NCBI GenBank assembly: GCA_027490925.1
Contig: JAIXXF010000045.1
Coordinates: 178,116-242,115 of the forward strand
Source: Comamonadaceae bacterium
GTDB lineage: Bacteria > Pseudomonadota > Gammaproteobacteria > Burkholderiales > Burkholderiaceae_C
Reading direction: 5' to 3'
DNA length: 64,000 bases
Shown: positions 38,411-48,124 of the stretch, one piece after another
Numbering within the stretch: the first letter of the stretch is position 1
How the letters are laid out: the number at the start of each line of letters is the position of its first letter
Position numbers and translations under genes: made by a program
The notes under the pieces: model-generated
Database searches by the model: none
Told to the model about the DNA's origin: nothing
What the model saw: the letters and a program-made list of their open reading frames with translations, nothing else

Positions 38411-40846
38411 TCAGCGGGTGGACCGCGCCAGCCCCCATTCGGGAGGCAGCAGGTCCCGATAGGGCGGTCGCAGGTAGCGGTCGTCCATTAACCACACGGT
38501 CCCGCTGTCGGTGGCCGTGCGGATCACCCGCCCGGCGGCCTGAACCACTTTCTGCACCGCCGGGTACACATAGGTGTAGTCGTGGCCACGGCCGAACAGG
38601 GCGTCCACCTTGGTACGCACCGCATCGTTCGCCTGGTCAAACTGCGGCAGGCCAACGGTGGCGATGAACGCGCCAATCAAACGCTGGCCCGGCAGGTCCA
38701 CGCCTTCACCGAACACGCCGCCCAGCACCGCGAACCCGATGCCGCGACCGCCAACTTGGAAACGTTCCAGAAAAGCCTGCCGGTCTGCCTCGGTCATGCC
38801 GGGAGACTGTGCCCAGGTGGCGATGTCGGGGCGGGCGGCTTGCAACTGGCGCTGTGCTTTCAGCAGGTAGTCGAAGCTGCTGAAAAAAGCGAGGTAGTTG
38901 CCAGGTGCAGCGTCGAACTGCCTGGCCATGGTCTGCGCCAGCGGGGGCAAGCTGCGCGCGCGGTCGCTCAAGCGGGTTGAAATGGGCAGCACCCGCACCG
39001 CCAACCGGTCGGGGTCGAATGGGCTGGGCACCACCAGGGTGCGGGTCTCGGTTGGCAGGCCCAGCAGGTGGTGGTCGTGGTCTTCCGGGTACAGCGTGGC
39101 GGAGAACAGCACCACGGCGTCAGCGGCTTGCAGGCGCGGCCGCAGAAAGGGCGCCGGTACCACGTTGCGCAGACTCAGTCGCCCGGGCGCCTGACCGGAG
39201 CCGTCGCCAGGGCGGGCGGTGTCGGCGCCCGAGGCCCAGGGCAGCTCGGGCGCTGTCGGGTCGGCGGGTGCCAGGGGCGGCGGCTGGTCGCTGGTGTCCA
39301 ACTCGCACAGCGAGTGCTCGCCCCAGGCATCGGCGAGCGCGGCGAACGACAGCGTCCGAAAGTAAAACGGAAGCACAGGCCCGTGCGCTTGGGTGGGGTG
39401 GTTGTTGAGGTGTTCACCGATCGCGCTGTTGAGCTTTTGCAGTGCGCGCAAAAAGCTTTCGGGGGGGTCGTTCAGCGTCACCGCGTCTTGCGGCGGAACG
39501 CAGCGCGCTTCCCGGTCCAGCAGCAGCTGCCATTCGTTGAGCCAGGCATCGAGTTTGGGGCGGATGCTTGAGGGCGCTCTTGGCCGCACAGCCAACGCTT
39601 CCGCCTGTGTCAGGTCGGCGCTGTACATGCTGCAGGCGCGAGCAGCAAGGTGGTGGGCTTCGTCCACCAGCAGCGCCACTTTCCACCCCTGATCGGCAGT
39701 CAGCGCGTACAGCATCGCGCTGCGGTCGAAGTAGTGGTTGTAGTCGCCCACCACGACGTCGGCCCATCGCACCATCTCATGGCCAAGGTAGTAGGGGCAA
39801 ACGGCGTGGGCGAGCGCGACCTCGCGCAGCTGGGCGCGGTCCAGCGTCCCCAGCTGCGCGGCGGCCTGCCGGGCGGCGGGCAGCTTGTCGTAGAAGCCCA
39901 TGGCGAGGGGACAGGCCTCGCCATGGCAGGCTTTGCCAGGGTGTTCGCAGCTTTTGTCGCGGGCCACCAGTTCCACCCACCGCAAGGGGGGTGGGGTCGT
40001 CGGCGGCGCCAGTTGGCGCAGGGCGTCCAGCGCCACCTGGCGGCCGGGGGTTTTGGCGGTCAGGTAAAACAATTTATCGAGCCCGCTCACTGGCATGGCC
40101 CGCAGGGCGGGGAACAGCGTGCCCAAGGTTTTACCGATGCCGGTGGGGGCTTGAGCCCGCAACGTGTGTGATTGCGCGCAGGCGCGGTACACCGCGGCCG
40201 CCAGGTCGCGTTGACCGGGGCGAAATGGGGCTTGTGGGAAGCCAAGTGCTGCCAGGTGCTGGTCCCGGCGCTGGCGGTGGGCGAGCTCTTGTTCGGCCCA
40301 CATCAGAAAGGTGTTGCACAGGGCTACAAAGAAGTCCTGCAGGTCGGCGGCGCCGAACACCTCGGTGAACGGGGTTTCGGTCTGCGATACCACGTCCAAA
40401 TACACCACGGTGAGGACAATCTCCTGCAGGCCTTTGCTTTGGCACATCAGCGCGCCGTAGACCTTCGCCTGGGCCCAGTGCAGCGCACGGTGGTTGGGCG
40501 CCAGCGCGTCCAGCCGGCCGCGGTGGGTCTTGACTTCTTCCAGTGTGTTGTGCAGCGGGTCATAGCCGTCGGCACGGCCAGAGACGCGCAAGCCCTTGTA
40601 TTGGCCGCTGAGCGCCACTTCGGTTTCATGGTGCGGGCCGCGCTGTTGCGCCACCCACTGGTGGCCCTGGATGCCTTGCTGGGCGGTCGGCGAGGGCGTG
40701 AAGCGCAGGTCCAGGCTGCCGGTTTTCGCGCTGAATTCACACAGGTCGCGCACCCCCACGCGGTACACAGCGTGGGCCTCCGCCATGCCAGAGGCGTTGA
40801 CGATGGCCTCGTGGCGGGGAAGCGCGTGGGAATCGGGGGCGGTCAT
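38411..40846 (-). CDS. PD-(D/E)XK (RecB-family) nuclease domain fused to XPD/DinG-family 4Fe-4S SF2 DNA helicase
   Basis: N-terminal nuclease motifs ETEV, GRADGYD, LEEVKT and QAKVY. Helicase motifs are Walker A APTGIGKT, DEAH (LLVDEAHHL) and motif VI QAAGRVIRT. Four Cys sit between Walker A and B (CEHPGKACHGEAC ... VCPYY). ATG at 40846; the track extension to 41188 is Arg-rich junk. Confidence 0.85.
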   Translation of the reverse strand: MTAPDSHALPRHEAIVNASGMAEAHAVYRVGVRDLCEFSAKTGSLDLRFTPSPTAQQGIQGHQWVAQQRGPHHETEVALSGQYKGLRVSGRADGYDPLHNTLEEVKTHRGRLDALAPNHRALHWAQAKVYGALMCQSKGLQEIVLTVVYLDVVSQTETPFTEVFGAADLQDFFVALCNTFLMWAEQELAHRQRRDQHLAALGFPQAPFRPGQRDLAAAVYRACAQSHTLRAQAPTGIGKTLGTLFPALRAMPVSGLDKLFYLTAKTPGRQVALDALRQLAPPTTPPPLRWVELVARDKSCEHPGKACHGEACPLAMGFYDKLPAARQAAAQLGTLDRAQLREVALAHAVCPYYLGHEMVRWADVVVGDYNHYFDRSAMLYALTADQGWKVALLVDEAHHLAARACSMYSADLTQAEALAVRPRAPSSIRPKLDAWLNEWQLLLDREARCVPPQDAVTLNDPPESFLRALQKLNSAIGEHLNNHPTQAHGPVLPFYFRTLSFAALADAWGEHSLCELDTSDQPPPLAPADPTAPELPWASGADTARPGDGSGQAPGRLSLRNVVPAPFLRPRLQAADAVVLFSATLYPEDHDHHLLGLPTETRTLVVPSPFDPDRLAVRVLPISTRLSDRARSLPPLAQTMARQFDAAPGNYLAFFSSFDYLLKAQRQLQAARPDIATWAQSPGMTEADRQAFLERFQVGGRGIGFAVLGGVFGEGVDLPGQRLIGAFIATVGLPQFDQANDAVRTKVDALFGRGHDYTYVYPAVQKVVQAAGRVIRTATDSGTVWLMDDRYLRPPYRDLLPPEWGLARSTR

Positions 40847-41033
40847 GTGGCTGGGGGTGTGGCGTTTTATACAGTAAACGGGAGGAAGCAGCCGGCTGGT
40901 CGCGGGCCGCCGAGGAACCCACAGGGCTGGCACCGCCCGCCCCCCTGACCGTGCCCGCTGACCCGGGGCGACGCCCGGGTTTATCCGCTGGGGGCTGCGC
41001 ACCCACTCGGGCTTGTGGCACTCTCCGGTGCAC

Positions 41034-41384
41034 ATGGGTGGACGCATACGCAAGCAACGGTTGGCAGAACGTCTGGACGCTTTGCCGCGGTCAGACGATG
41101 TGGTGTGCCCGTTGTGCCAGCGGTTCATTCCACCGGCGCAGCGGGATGCCCACCATTGGGTGCCGAAGTCCAAGGGTGGACGCAGCACCGACTGGTTGCA
41201 CCGCCTGTGCCACCGGCAGATCCACGCGTTGCTGAACGAAACCGAACTCGCGCGCAGCTACGCGTCGGCCGAGGCCCTGCTGTCCCACCCGGACATGGCG
41301 CGCTTCGTCGCGTGGGTGAAAACCAAGCCGCCCGATTTTTACGAACACCCCCGAAAAAGCCGCCATGTCCGACGCCGCCCATGA
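41034..41384 (+). CDS. small HNH endonuclease-family protein
   Basis: CPLC ... DAHHWVPKSKGG ... LHRLCHRQIH (zinc-finger plus HNH pattern). Start is ATG 41034 or TTG 41013. Confidence 0.7.
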   Translation: MGGRIRKQRLAERLDALPRSDDVVCPLCQRFIPPAQRDAHHWVPKSKGGRSTDWLHRLCHRQIHALLNETELARSYASAEALLSHPDMARFVAWVKTKPPDFYEHPRKSRHVRRRP

Positions 41385-41952
41385 CCCCTTTGCGGGCTCG
41401 CCGCCGCCCGCCGACGCTGAACTGCTGCGCCGCATCGGTGCGGAGCTCAAGCGGGCCACCGTTGACCGGCACCACGCCTGGCGATCGCCGGTCTTGGCCA
41501 GCGTGTCTCCCGACGGAACACCCAGCGCACGCACGGTGGTGCTGCGACAAGCGGTGGTCGACGCGGGCGGCGTGCACGAACTGCACATCTACACCGACCG
41601 CCGCAGCCCCAAGGTGCAGGCACTGCAACACCAGCCCCAGGCCAGCCTTTTGTTCTGGAGCCCGCGTTTGAACTGGCAATTGCGGGTGTCTGCCCGGGTG
41701 TCTGTGGCCCTTGATGGCCCCTTGGTGGACAGCGCGTGGGCGCGGGTTGGGGTCGGGCGTGCCGCAGGCGACTATTTGGCACCCGCCGCCCCAGGTGCCC
41801 CCCTGGACGGCACGCCCCCCACTGGCCCCGCTCAACACCAGCTGGCGGTGCTGGTGGCGCAGGTGTCGGCGATCGACTGGTTAGCCTTGCACCGAGACGG
41901 TCACCGCCGCGCACGGTGGGCGGGCGGGGGGTGGACAGCGCTCACACCCTGA
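41365..41952 (+). CDS. pyridoxamine 5'-phosphate oxidase-like FMN-binding protein
   Basis: PNPOx-fold pattern (..ASVSPDGTPSARTVVLR.., IYTDRRSPKVQAL, LLFWSP..WQLRV). Overlaps the HNH gene by 20 nt. Confidence 0.75.
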   Translation: MSDAAHDPFAGSPPPADAELLRRIGAELKRATVDRHHAWRSPVLASVSPDGTPSARTVVLRQAVVDAGGVHELHIYTDRRSPKVQALQHQPQASLLFWSPRLNWQLRVSARVSVALDGPLVDSAWARVGVGRAAGDYLAPAAPGAPLDGTPPTGPAQHQLAVLVAQVSAIDWLALHRDGHRRARWAGGGWTALTP

Positions 41953-41977
41953 GCCAAGCCCACCAGGTTGCGCAGCG

Positions 41978-42790
41978 TCAGATTTGGTCGAAATCGCCGT
42001 GGCGACCCAAACCGCTGGCGAATCGGGCCGCGCCCGCGGCGCCTTCCTGGAAATGGGCGTCCACCCCGTTGGCCCACTCACGGCGCAACGCCTCACGCAC
42101 CGGGGTGCCGTAGGTCTCCAGCACCGAGCGGCGATCGGCCCGCACGGCGGCCTGAGGAAAGCGTGCAATGGTGTGGGCCATGGCCTCTGCGGCGGCACGG
42201 GCGCCTCCCTCTGGCACCAACCTTTCGCACAAGCCAATGGCCGCGGCCTCCGAGGCGGGTACTTTGCGCCCGGTGAGAATGATTTCCATCGCGCGGCCCT
42301 GGCCGGTGAGCCGCGCCAAGCGCACGCTGCCGCCGTCCAACAGCGGAATGCCCCAGCGGCGGCAATAGACACCAAAGTAGGCGGTGTCCGCCATCACCCG
42401 GATGTCGCACCACAGCGCGAGTTCCATGCCGCCCGCCACCGCGGGGCCTTCCACCGCCGCGATCACAGGTTTGGACAATTCCAACCGTGTGGGCCCCAGC
42501 GGACCACGGGGCGCGGCGTTGGCCCCAGTGGGAAACGCCAGGCCCTCGACGATGTCGCGCTGGAAAGCGTCGCGGTCTGACAGCGTGCTGGCGTACTTCA
42601 GGTCCCAGCCGGAGCAAAACGCGCCGCCCTCGCCCCACAGCACCGCCACGCGGGCCGTGGGGTCGGCGTCGAACGCCAGGAAGGCATCCACCAGAGCGTC
42701 GGCGCTTTCCGGGTCCATCGCGTTGCGGGCGACCTCGTACCGGCTGTGCACGATGGTCCACACGCTGCCCTGTTTTTCAATTCGTACCAT
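41978..42790 (-). CDS. enoyl-CoA hydratase/isomerase (crotonase) family protein
   Basis: GEGGAFCSGWDLK oxyanion region and AAVEGPAVAGGMELALWCD. Confidence 0.88.
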   Translation of the reverse strand: MVRIEKQGSVWTIVHSRYEVARNAMDPESADALVDAFLAFDADPTARVAVLWGEGGAFCSGWDLKYASTLSDRDAFQRDIVEGLAFPTGANAAPRGPLGPTRLELSKPVIAAVEGPAVAGGMELALWCDIRVMADTAYFGVYCRRWGIPLLDGGSVRLARLTGQGRAMEIILTGRKVPASEAAAIGLCERLVPEGGARAAAEAMAHTIARFPQAAVRADRRSVLETYGTPVREALRREWANGVDAHFQEGAAGAARFASGLGRHGDFDQI

Positions 42791-43020
42791 GGGGGGTCTC
42801 CTGTGGGTGGTGATGTCGGTTCATTATCGGTAAGGCCTGCGCGGTCCCTCCTCGCGCCCACTGGCCAGCCCAGTCGCGCATGCGCCGGGTGAGGTGCCCA
42901 GGCGGCAGTAGCCAGGGTGTATAAACCAATCCCCGCCGGTGGCGCCGTCCCAAGCCGGGCCACCCACCGACCGCCACCCGCACCGGCGCGCACGCGCCCA
43001 CACAACAAGGACATGACGCC

Positions 43021-43734
43021 ATGGGCGCACAGTGGAAAGCAAAAGGCAAAGAATTGGCCGCCAACGCCAAAGGCAAGCTGTTTGGCCGACTGGCCAAAGA
43101 CATCATGCTGGCCGCACGCAACGGCGCCGACCCCGCCACCAACTCACGCCTGCGCCTGGTGGTGGAGCAGGCGCGAAAGGTCTCCATGCCCAAAGACACG
43201 CTGGAGCGGGCGATCAAAAAAGGCGCCGGCTTGACCGGCGAAGCGGTGAATTTCGAGCACGTGATTTACGAGGGGTTCGCTCCGCACCGCGTGCCGGTGA
43301 TGGTGGAATGCCTGACCGACAACCTCAACCGCACCGCCCCAGAAATGCGTGTGCTGTTCCGCAAGGGCCAACTCGGCACCTCTGGGTCGGTGTCTTGGGA
43401 CTTCGACCATGTGGGCTTGATCGAGGCCGAGTCCGCAGCGGCCGGTGCCGACGCCGAGCTGGCAGCCATCGAGGCGGGCGCGCAGGACTTTGAAGTGAGC
43501 GAGGACGCGGGCCACACGCTGTTCATCACCGACGCGACCGACCTCGACTTGGTGAGCCGTGCGTTACCGACCCATGGCTTCAACGTGGTGTCGGCCAAGC
43601 TCGGTTACCGACCGAAAAACCCGGTCAGTGCGGCGGGCCTGAGCACCGAGGCGCTGGAGGAAGTGGAGGCGTTCCTGGCCGCCATCGACGCCAACGACGA
43701 CGTGCAGAACATCTACGCGGGCCTGGCGGCCTGA
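43021..43734 (+). CDS. YebC/PmpR-family DNA-binding transcriptional regulator
   Basis: [11 protein letters not shown]..., [26 protein letters not shown] and DDVQNIY. Confidence 0.92.
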   Translation: MGAQWKAKGKELAANAKGKLFGRLAKDIMLAARNGADPATNSRLRLVVEQARKVSMPKDTLERAIKKGAGLTGEAVNFEHVIYEGFAPHRVPVMVECLTDNLNRTAPEMRVLFRKGQLGTSGSVSWDFDHVGLIEAESAAAGADAELAAIEAGAQDFEVSEDAGHTLFITDATDLDLVSRALPTHGFNVVSAKLGYRPKNPVSAAGLSTEALEEVEAFLAAIDANDDVQNIYAGLAA

Positions 43735-43748
43735 GCCCTGGTTCTCCG

Positions 43749-44393
43749 TCAGGTGTGGGCGGGCGGTGCGGGCCGCGCATCGGGCCCCGTCTGGGCGCTG
43801 CCCAGCGCCATCCAACCGATCAGCGACGAGCGCATGGCCTCTTCCACGCTCATGTTGATGGCGGTGACCCAGTCGGCCGGTACGAAGACGGTGTAGCCGC
43901 CGATGTTGTAGCCCATGGGCAGGTACACCGCGACACGTTCGCCGGGCAGAAAGCCCGACGGCAGGTCGTCGAAACGGCGCCGCGTGACCAGGCCCACCAT
44001 TTCGAGTGCGCTGTTTGGCATGCGCAACAGCACCACCTGCTGGCCCGCTTGCGCGCCGCTGCCGCCGGAGAAAAAATCGGCAAAGCTTTTCACCGACGAG
44101 TAAATGCTTTTCACGACCGGCAGGTTGGTGAACGGGAATTCAATGAACGCCAGTGCGCGCCGCACCCTGCGTTGCGACACCAAAAAACCGATCGCCAAAA
44201 TGATGGCCACCCCCAGCACCAAGCCCAGTCCCGGCACATAGAAACCGCCAATGAGTGGGTGCAGGACCCACAGCGCGGCGGCTTCGGTCCACGACAAGAA
44301 CAGGAACAGCAGGTAGATCGTCAGTGCGATGGGCAGCACCGTGATCAGGCCGCGCAGAAAGTATTTGTAGAGCTGCTTGGGATCGGTCGTCAT
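43749..44393 (-). CDS. DUF502-family membrane protein
   Basis: Two N-terminal TM helices, then PVVKSIYSSVK and GYNIGGYTVFVP, as in DUF502. Confidence 0.8.
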   Translation of the reverse strand: MTTDPKQLYKYFLRGLITVLPIALTIYLLFLFLSWTEAAALWVLHPLIGGFYVPGLGLVLGVAIILAIGFLVSQRRVRRALAFIEFPFTNLPVVKSIYSSVKSFADFFSGGSGAQAGQQVVLLRMPNSALEMVGLVTRRRFDDLPSGFLPGERVAVYLPMGYNIGGYTVFVPADWVTAINMSVEEAMRSSLIGWMALGSAQTGPDARPAPPAHT

Positions 44394-44530
44394 CGATCCA
44401 ATTTAGCACGCGGGCGAACAACCAGGCCGGGTACGCCGTTTTCCAGGGTGAAACGGGCTGAAGCCCCCAAAGAATAAACGCTCAGTGCTAAGAAATCAGG
44501 AGTGGTCTGGGTGCAGCCCTGGTCAACGGG

Positions 44531-46366
44531 TCAGATGGGCTTAACCGCGGTCAGGGCGGCGGCGCTTTGCCGCGGGTTGGCGTGCATGCGCGGGGCTGGT
44601 GTGGTCGATGTGGACGTGGGAACCGCTGCCGCCGTCGCCTGCCGGCAACGGGCATAGACGTCCATGTCGCGCTGGTACACCGCGGTGTTCAGGTCCAGCA
44701 GACCCAGCACCGAGTGGAAATAATTGTCGTGCGAGACCGTGCCAGTCCATTCCCGCAAGCAGTCGATGGTCACTGCGCTGCGTCGCTCAAACCCAGGGGA
44801 CAGCCAGGTGACCCAGGGCACATGCTTTTGGACGTTTGGCGCCAGCGAGTAGGGCATGCCATGGAGGTAGAGGTTGTTCTCGCCCAGCGATTCACCGTGA
44901 TCGGCCACATAGACCATGGCGGTGTCGGCACGGTCACTGCGGCTTTTGAGCCAGCGGATGGTGCTGGCCAGCACGTGGTCGGTGTACGCGATGGTGTTGT
45001 CGTAGGCGTTGGCCAGTTCTTCCTGGCTGCAGTGCTGCAGCGCACTGCTGGTGCACTCTGGCAGGAACCGTTTGAACGCCTTGGGGCTGCGCTCGTGGTA
45101 CGCAGGGCCATGGCTGCCCATCTGGTGCAGGACCAGCACCACGCCCCTGGCCCGGCGCTCCGGGGGTAGTGCGGCGATGCGATCGTCCAGGCCCTTGAGC
45201 ATGATCGCGTCATGGCAACTCTCGCCAGCGCACAGCTCGGCGTCGTGCAGGTCGGCGGTGCTGGCGTGGGGCACCCGGTCGCAAACGCCCTTGCAGCCCG
45301 ACTGGTTGTCCACCCACAGCACCGCCAAGCCTGCGCGATGCAACACATCGAGCAAATTTTCTTGGTTGTTTTGCCGGGCCTCAAAACCGCTGCGGCGCAG
45401 GTTGGAGAACATGCAGGGCACAGACGCCGCGGTGCTGGTCCCGCAGGACCACGCATCGCGGAAGCTCGCCAGCCGCTCGCGCGCCAGCTCGGGCGTGGTG
45501 TTGCGCGGGTAGCCGTTGATGCCAAAGTTGCGGCTGCGCCCGGTCTCTCCCAGGACCAGCACCAACAGCGGGGGTTTGGCCTGGCCCGCATAGCTGGCCC
45601 CCAGGCGCACGTCTTCACCCAGTGGCAACAGCACGCTGGGGTCGCGCTTGGCAGACACATTGGCCAGGCTGCCCACGGCCACCAAAGAATTGAACGGGTT
45701 GATCTGGTAGCGCACCTGCTTGTGGTTGCGCATGGTGGACGAGACGGTCTGGAAACTGGTCAACAGGGCCGCAGCGATCACCGCTGCAGACACCCCGGCC
45801 AGCATCAGGTTGCTCGCGGCGCGGCGGGTCCATTGGCCATAGTCCACTGGCATGCGCCATAGCCAGATCGCCGGGGCCACCGCCACCACCGCCACGGTGG
45901 CAAACAGCCGGGGATTCAGCAGGCCCGCGGCCTCCATCCGGTCGGTCTGCAGCACATTGCGGACCATGGTGGCGTCCACGACCACGCCGTAGCTCAACAT
46001 GAAGTAGGTGCTGCTGGCCGAGACCGCCAAGGCCAGGGAGATGGCGGGCTTCAGCGTCCAGCGCCAGGCCAACAACGACAACCACAACACGGTCAGCGCC
46101 GTCAGCAGCACCGCCATGCTGGCCCCGAACGCCCAGCCTTGCACGCCATCGAGCAAGCCCAGGGCCTGCAGTGAGCGCCACAACGCCAGGTTGCCTGCGC
46201 TGGCCAACCACACGCTGAACCACACGACCAAGGTGCGGGGATGCCACGCATGGGGCGATGCGTGTGTCAGCGGGGCGATGAGGGCCTTGACGGTACGGCC
46301 GACGTGGGACACCGCATCGCCAAGGTGGTGGGTGATCGGGGCGATGGGGGCGATGGTTGGGCCCAT
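44531..46366 (-). CDS. phosphoethanolamine transferase, EptA/MCR family
   Basis: Five N-terminal TM helices plus a sulfatase-like domain. Motifs are SCGTSTAASVPCMFS (nucleophile Thr), LHQMGSHGPAY and DHGESLGENNLYLHG. The start is uncertain: ATG 46366, GTG 46312, or the track start at 46417. Confidence 0.88.
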   Translation of the reverse strand: MGPTIAPIAPITHHLGDAVSHVGRTVKALIAPLTHASPHAWHPRTLVVWFSVWLASAGNLALWRSLQALGLLDGVQGWAFGASMAVLLTALTVLWLSLLAWRWTLKPAISLALAVSASSTYFMLSYGVVVDATMVRNVLQTDRMEAAGLLNPRLFATVAVVAVAPAIWLWRMPVDYGQWTRRAASNLMLAGVSAAVIAAALLTSFQTVSSTMRNHKQVRYQINPFNSLVAVGSLANVSAKRDPSVLLPLGEDVRLGASYAGQAKPPLLVLVLGETGRSRNFGINGYPRNTTPELARERLASFRDAWSCGTSTAASVPCMFSNLRRSGFEARQNNQENLLDVLHRAGLAVLWVDNQSGCKGVCDRVPHASTADLHDAELCAGESCHDAIMLKGLDDRIAALPPERRARGVVLVLHQMGSHGPAYHERSPKAFKRFLPECTSSALQHCSQEELANAYDNTIAYTDHVLASTIRWLKSRSDRADTAMVYVADHGESLGENNLYLHGMPYSLAPNVQKHVPWVTWLSPGFERRSAVTIDCLREWTGTVSHDNYFHSVLGLLDLNTAVYQRDMDVYARCRQATAAAVPTSTSTTPAPRMHANPRQSAAALTAVKPI

Positions 46367-46512
46367 CGTGGTGCCGTCTGTGGAAGGGGCGACGTGGGGC
46401 TGGCCGATACGGGGCATGGGTTGCGATTGGCTGGAACAGAGGGATGGCGTGATCGGCGGGCTAGGAGAGCAGAGCGCAACGCCTCACGCGATGACCTAGG
46501 ACGCGTGCTGGG

Positions 46513-47250
46513 TCAATGGTGGTCACCCGGGACAGGTGCACCGGTGCGGCGTGGCCACCACCGGTCGATGGTCCAGGCCGTGCCGATGCACAACCAGGCG
46601 GTCCAAAGCGTGTGGCTCATGAAATGCGCGCCGCGCCACTGCTGCGCCACGCCCAGCACCAGGCCGACCGCCAGGGCGACGGCCAGCCACAAACGGGCGC
46701 GAGCGGGTGCGGTGGGGCGCAACGCAAAGTAACCGGCCACGAAAGCGAACCCAGCGGATGCGTGGCCTGCCGGGAAGCAGCGCCCGCCACCACCATCGGG
46801 CCTGAAAAAGCCGTTCCAGTGCAGCGCATGCTGGGCCACGCCACCGAAGTCGGACATGTCCCAGGGGCAACTGGTGGCACTGAACGACTTGACCGTGCTG
46901 ACCACGGTGACCGAGACCAGCGCGCTCAGCACCAACTGCACCCGGCGGTGCGGGGGGATCTCGGCCAGCCAGCCGAAAGGCCGCCAGATCGCCACGGTCA
47001 GCACCAGCAACACCACCCACGACGCGGCCCGCCCGCCCTGGTGCAACACAATGCCCAGCAGCCAGTGGTCGCGCCAGGGAAAGCCGCTGTGGCCGCCCAT
47101 GGTGTGGGCCAAGGCCATGTCCATGCCCGAGAAGTCCCAGGCCAGCAACAAGAGCGTCAGGCCGATGAAGCAGGCCAAACCGTCGAGCGGTGGGCGGGGC
47201 AGGGGGCGCTCGGCGCGGGGCGGCGTGAACAACAGCGGATTGGCAGGCAT
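46513..47250 (-). CDS. PAP2-family membrane (lipid) phosphatase
   Basis: Acid-phosphatase motifs KSFSATSCP, FPAGHAS and RGAHFMSH, with multiple TM helices. Confidence 0.88.
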   Translation of the reverse strand: MPANPLLFTPPRAERPLPRPPLDGLACFIGLTLLLLAWDFSGMDMALAHTMGGHSGFPWRDHWLLGIVLHQGGRAASWVVLLVLTVAIWRPFGWLAEIPPHRRVQLVLSALVSVTVVSTVKSFSATSCPWDMSDFGGVAQHALHWNGFFRPDGGGGRCFPAGHASAGFAFVAGYFALRPTAPARARLWLAVALAVGLVLGVAQQWRGAHFMSHTLWTAWLCIGTAWTIDRWWPRRTGAPVPGDHH

Positions 47251-47310
47251 GGGGTGGGAGCATCCACCCCTTGGCTTAAGGGTTTCTTAAGCGGTTCGCC
47301 GCGGGCGGTT

Positions 47311-48105
47311 TCAACACCCGAGGGCGTCGGCCAGGGCCAGCAGGTCGCGGCATTGCAGGGTGTGGCCAGGCTGCGGCGACACGTCTTTGGGCCGTGTCGG
47401 GCCGAACTCCAGGGGCCGCTCGATGTAGGCCGTGGCCAGCCCGCAGGCGCGGGCGCCTTCCAGGTCGTCGTGGTGGGCGGCCACCAACATCACTTGCTGC
47501 GGGGCGAGGTCAAACACCCGCGCCACACCCAGGTAAGTGGCGGGGTCGGGTTTGTAGGCGCGGAACACCTCGGCCGACAGCACGCAGTCCCAGGGCAGGC
47601 CCGCGCGTTTGGCCATGCGGGTCAGCAGGCCGAGGTTGCCGTTGGACAGTGTGCAAATGGTGAACCGCTGCCTGAGTCGTGTGAGGCCAGCCACGCTGTC
47701 GGGCCACGCGTCGAGCCGGTGCCAGACGCGGTTCAGGTCGCGGCGTTCGGCCTCGCCAAGGTGGTCGAGCCCAAACGATGGGAGGATGCTGTCGAGCACC
47801 ATTCGGTGCAGGTCGTCGATCAGCGTCCAGCCCAGCTCACCGCGCATCACCCGTGCCATCGCCGGTTTGTAGCCCGCCCGCCATGCCAGCGCGAAGGCGT
47901 TGCCGTCCACCGCCGGGTGGCGCCGGGCCATGTCGCGCACGATGCTGCCGTGCCAGTCGACCACGGTGCCGAAAATGTCAAAGGCCAGCACCTGCACGCC
48001 GCCGGGGTCGCTGAGGGAGGCGGAGTGGCCCGATTCCGCGCGGGGGTTGGGCGATGGGCTGGCGGCGACGGGCATGGGGGGTACGGTGGTGTTGGGGTCG
48101 GGCAT
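47311..48105 (-). CDS. HAD superfamily, type II (L-2-)haloacid dehalogenase-like hydrolase
   Basis: Motif I FDIFGTVVDW (DxxGT with no second Asp, i.e. dehalogenase type) and LSNG. The Pro-rich N-terminal 35 aa may not be translated (in-frame GTGs near 47990). Confidence 0.8.
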   Translation of the reverse strand: MPDPNTTVPPMPVAASPSPNPRAESGHSASLSDPGGVQVLAFDIFGTVVDWHGSIVRDMARRHPAVDGNAFALAWRAGYKPAMARVMRGELGWTLIDDLHRMVLDSILPSFGLDHLGEAERRDLNRVWHRLDAWPDSVAGLTRLRQRFTICTLSNGNLGLLTRMAKRAGLPWDCVLSAEVFRAYKPDPATYLGVARVFDLAPQQVMLVAAHHDDLEGARACGLATAYIERPLEFGPTRPKDVSPQPGHTLQCRDLLALADALGC

Positions 48106-48124
48106 GGGATCGTTCAGCGGGGGG

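Noticed and set aside
40860-40885. Possible LexA/SOS box upstream of the nuclease-helicase (ATACAGTA)
   Set aside because: Only one half-site is present. The position where CTGT should lie 8 nt upstream reads GTGG, so the CTGT-N8-ACAG palindrome is not there.
44403-44491. CIRCE-like half sites (TTAGCAC at 44403-44409, GTGCTAA at 44485-44491) near hrcA-regulon-type sequence
   Set aside because: The halves are about 75 nt apart instead of 9 nt, and neither matches the full TTAGCACTC/GAGTGCTAA arms. More likely they form a long-range stem in the eptA-DUF502 spacer. Small internal hairpins (CCGTTT/AAACGG, GGGC-TGAA-GCCC) are present, but I recognise no known RNA motif.
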